Positions 61,950-64,000 of a stretch of 64,000 nt of DNA are shown here, piece by piece. A program made the translations under genes and the position numbers. Each line of letters starts with the position of its first letter. Position 1 is the first letter of the stretch. The notes under the pieces are model-generated. The model made no database searches and was not told the origin of the DNA. It was given only the letters and a program-made list of their open reading frames with translations. Source of the stretch: Vicinamibacterales bacterium (GTDB taxonomy: Bacteria > Acidobacteriota > Vicinamibacteria > Vicinamibacterales > UBA2999); the NCBI GenBank assembly GCA_035263125.1, contig DATFRP010000100.1, positions 2,920 through 66,919 on the forward strand, written 5' to 3'.

Positions 61950-63161
61950 ATGACAGCCGGACGATCCTGGATGCGGGCCAAAGAGGCGTCCGAGCGTCTC
62001 GGCGTGAGCATTCCGACGCTCTACGCCTACGTCAGTCGCGGGTTCGTCCGATCGCAGGCGACATCTGGCTCCTCGCGCGAGCGGCACTATTCACGGGAAG
62101 ATGTCGAGCTTTTGCGCCGACGGACCGAAGAGCGGCGCAATCCCGACAAGGCGGCCGCCCGCGCGCTGGACTGGGGCATGCCGGTTCTCGAGTCGGCGAT
62201 CACGTTGATCGACGGCGCGTCGCTCTATTACCGCGGACACGACGCGGTGATGCTGTCGCGCTCGCGCTCGATCGTCGAGGTCGCATCTCTGATCTGGACC
62301 GGGGCGTTCGATCTGTGGCGTCCGGATGTGGTGCCGAGCGAAGCGCACACCCTCGAGCCATCGGATGACGATCTCCCGTTCGTCGTGCGCGTGCAGTCGG
62401 CGCTGGCCGTTGAATCTGTCCGGGATCCGGCCGCTCACGATCGACGACCGGCCGGCGTCGCGCACTCGGGCTGGCGCATCCTCGGGTTGCTCGCGCGCGC
62501 TGCCGCGAAGACGCGCGTCGGCGCGCCTGCGATCGACGAATGGCTCGCGCGAAGCTGGCGTGTCGGCGCCCAGGGCGTCGACCTGCTTCGCAGCGCGATC
62601 ATCCTGTGCGCCGATCACGAGCTCAATGTCTCCGCGTTCGCCGCTCGGTGTGTAGCCTCTGCGGGGTCGAATCCCTATGCCGTTGTCATCGGCGGCTTGT
62701 CTGCGCTCGAAGGCACCAGACATGGTGGCGCGAGTGCGCGTGCGGAATCGATGCTCGAATCGATTCGCCCCGTACGCCCCGTGAAGAATGCGATCGCGGC
62801 ACGCATGCGGCGGGGCGAGGCGATCGACGGATTCGGTCACCCGTTGTATCCCACCGGAGATCCCCGGGCGGTCGCCCTCATCGGCATGCTGCGCGAGCGC
62901 TACCCGAAGTCGCCCGAGCTCGCGTTTCTGCAGGAGTTCGCTGACGCGGCGTCTGCCGCCGTGCGCGCAAAACCCAATCTCGATTTCGCGCTCGCCGGTG
63001 TCTCGCGCGTCCTGCGCCTCCCACCTGGCTCCCCGTTCGCGCTCTTCGCCATCGGCCGAACGATCGGCTGGATCGGCCACGCCATCGAGCAATACGCTAC
63101 CGGCCGACTCATTCGCCCCCGAGCGAAGTACGTCGGTATTGCCCCGATCCGACAGCCCTGA
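61950..63161 (+). CDS. HTH (MerR/excisionase-type) domain fused to a citrate synthase-like domain
   Basis: The N-terminus MRAKEASERLGVSIPTLYAYVSRGFV is an HTH. The body keeps RHGGAS, GFGHPLYPTGDPRA, NLDFA and GRTIGWIGHAIEQ...LIRPRAKY. Confidence 0.8.
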   Translation: MTAGRSWMRAKEASERLGVSIPTLYAYVSRGFVRSQATSGSSRERHYSREDVELLRRRTEERRNPDKAAARALDWGMPVLESAITLIDGASLYYRGHDAVMLSRSRSIVEVASLIWTGAFDLWRPDVVPSEAHTLEPSDDDLPFVVRVQSALAVESVRDPAAHDRRPAGVAHSGWRILGLLARAAAKTRVGAPAIDEWLARSWRVGAQGVDLLRSAIILCADHELNVSAFAARCVASAGSNPYAVVIGGLSALEGTRHGGASARAESMLESIRPVRPVKNAIAARMRRGEAIDGFGHPLYPTGDPRAVALIGMLRERYPKSPELAFLQEFADAASAAVRAKPNLDFALAGVSRVLRLPPGSPFALFAIGRTIGWIGHAIEQYATGRLIRPRAKYVGIAPIRQP

Positions 63162-63232
63162 TAGCTATCGCCTAATACGTCCCTCTTCTTCTTGCCCCTT
63201 CTTCCCAGTCCAGTATCCCCACGCTACACGCG

Positions 63233-63901
63233 TCATGCGGGCTGCTTGAGGTATCGCGCGAACCATCCGGCCGCCAGTCGCTCGACTTCCTCAAGCGCGC
63301 CCGGTTCCTCGAACAGATGCGAGGCGCCCGGTACGACAGATAGCTCCACGGGGGCGGATGTCATCATGGCTTTCGCCTGCTCGTTGAGTTCGATGACCGG
63401 TTCGTCGTAGCCACCGACGATCAACAGCGTCGGCGCTGCGACGCGCGCCAGCGCCTTGCCGGCGAGATCGGGTCTGCCGCCGCGCGACACTACGGCACGG
63501 ATCTCCGACGGGCGTTCAGCAGCAGCAATGAGCGCCGCTGCAGCTCCTGTGCTCGCCCCGAAACAGCCTGGTACGAGCCGCAGCAGCTCGTCGCGGCGCC
63601 GCAGCCAGTCGATCGCGGCGATGACACGCCCGCCCAATCGTTCGACATCGAAGCGGAACTCCCTCGTGTGTATGTCGAACGCTTCTTCCTGCTTCGTCAG
63701 CAGATCGAGCAGCAGCGTCCCGAAGCCGAGACGTTGCAGCGCCTGTGCGGTCGCACGATTGCGCGAGCTGAAGCGGCTGCTGCCGCTGCCATGCGCAAAC
63801 ACGACGATGCCGGTCGCGCGGTCGGGGATATTCAGATCGGCTTCGATCTGATGAGAGTGATCGATGGAAATGACGACCGATTCGCCGACAATCCCGGCCA
63901 T
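63233..63901 (-). CDS. dienelactone hydrolase-like alpha/beta hydrolase
   Basis: GIVVFAHGSGSSRFSSRN...FGASTGAAAAL...PGASHLF. The ATG is at 63901, and the maximal ORF reaches a TTG at 63937. Confidence 0.75.
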   Translation of the reverse strand: MAGIVGESVVISIDHSHQIEADLNIPDRATGIVVFAHGSGSSRFSSRNRATAQALQRLGFGTLLLDLLTKQEEAFDIHTREFRFDVERLGGRVIAAIDWLRRRDELLRLVPGCFGASTGAAAALIAAAERPSEIRAVVSRGGRPDLAGKALARVAAPTLLIVGGYDEPVIELNEQAKAMMTSAPVELSVVPGASHLFEEPGALEEVERLAAGWFARYLKQPA

Positions 63902-64000
63902 GAAGACCCCGCTGACAGTCACGGCTGGTCGCTGCAACTCGGTGGCCAGATCAGCGAATCGGTTGACCTGCAGATCCTCGGCCTTGAACTACGGAACCCC

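Noticed and set aside
63989-64000. Possible 3' end of another minus-strand gene at the window edge
   Set aside because: Only four codons before a TAG are visible, which is far too little to call.

Overview
This is a high-GC chromosomal segment, roughly two-thirds G+C by eye (not computed). The gene content looks Acidobacteriota-like, but that is a tentative inference from CarboxypepD_reg/TonB-type giant outer-membrane proteins, a DUF1592/DUF1552 pair and a CRTAC1+TPR pair. About 55 CDS are supported. They include: the tail of a nirBD nitrite reductase operon with a GAF-ANTAR regulator; a CadC-like regulator; a DUF1592-DUF1552-ankyrin operon; a CusRS-like two-component system; two ABC/ABC-2 exporters, one with HlyD and TetR; a classical TonB-dependent receptor; two paralogous IorAB-type molybdo-oxidoreductase pairs; three tandem ~1050-aa CarboxypepD_reg/TonB-like paralogs; a CRTAC1 lipoprotein with a TPR protein; amt behind a textbook sigma-54 promoter; hemD, PhzF, ABC-F and arginase-family genes; a compact type II restriction-modification pair; TfoX; an ECF sigma factor; and two divergent citrate-synthase paralogs, one fused to an HTH domain. 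I saw no rRNA, tRNA, CRISPR array, transposase, integrase or prophage genes. The most unusual signal is non-coding. Almost every larger intergenic gap is filled by a long hairpin-forming element built from tandem short repeats on one arm and their inverted copies on the other. At least five unrelated sequence families share this architecture (GGAATCAGG, GGCCACGGAGA, ACGGAG/AACAGGAGAAACGGAG, GATGGGGCTGGTGGGG and GTCGGTGCGA), and classical GTAG-headed REP/REPIN elements are present as well. Several elements start exactly at a stop codon. A separate GAA-looped hairpin repeat sits in frame inside the CRTAC1 gene. Other candidates for follow-up are the DUF1592-DUF1552-ankyrin operon, the HTH-citrate synthase fusion and the R-M pair, whose methylase has an atypical DPAY motif. 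All protein family calls rest on motif recognition by eye. No database search was run.
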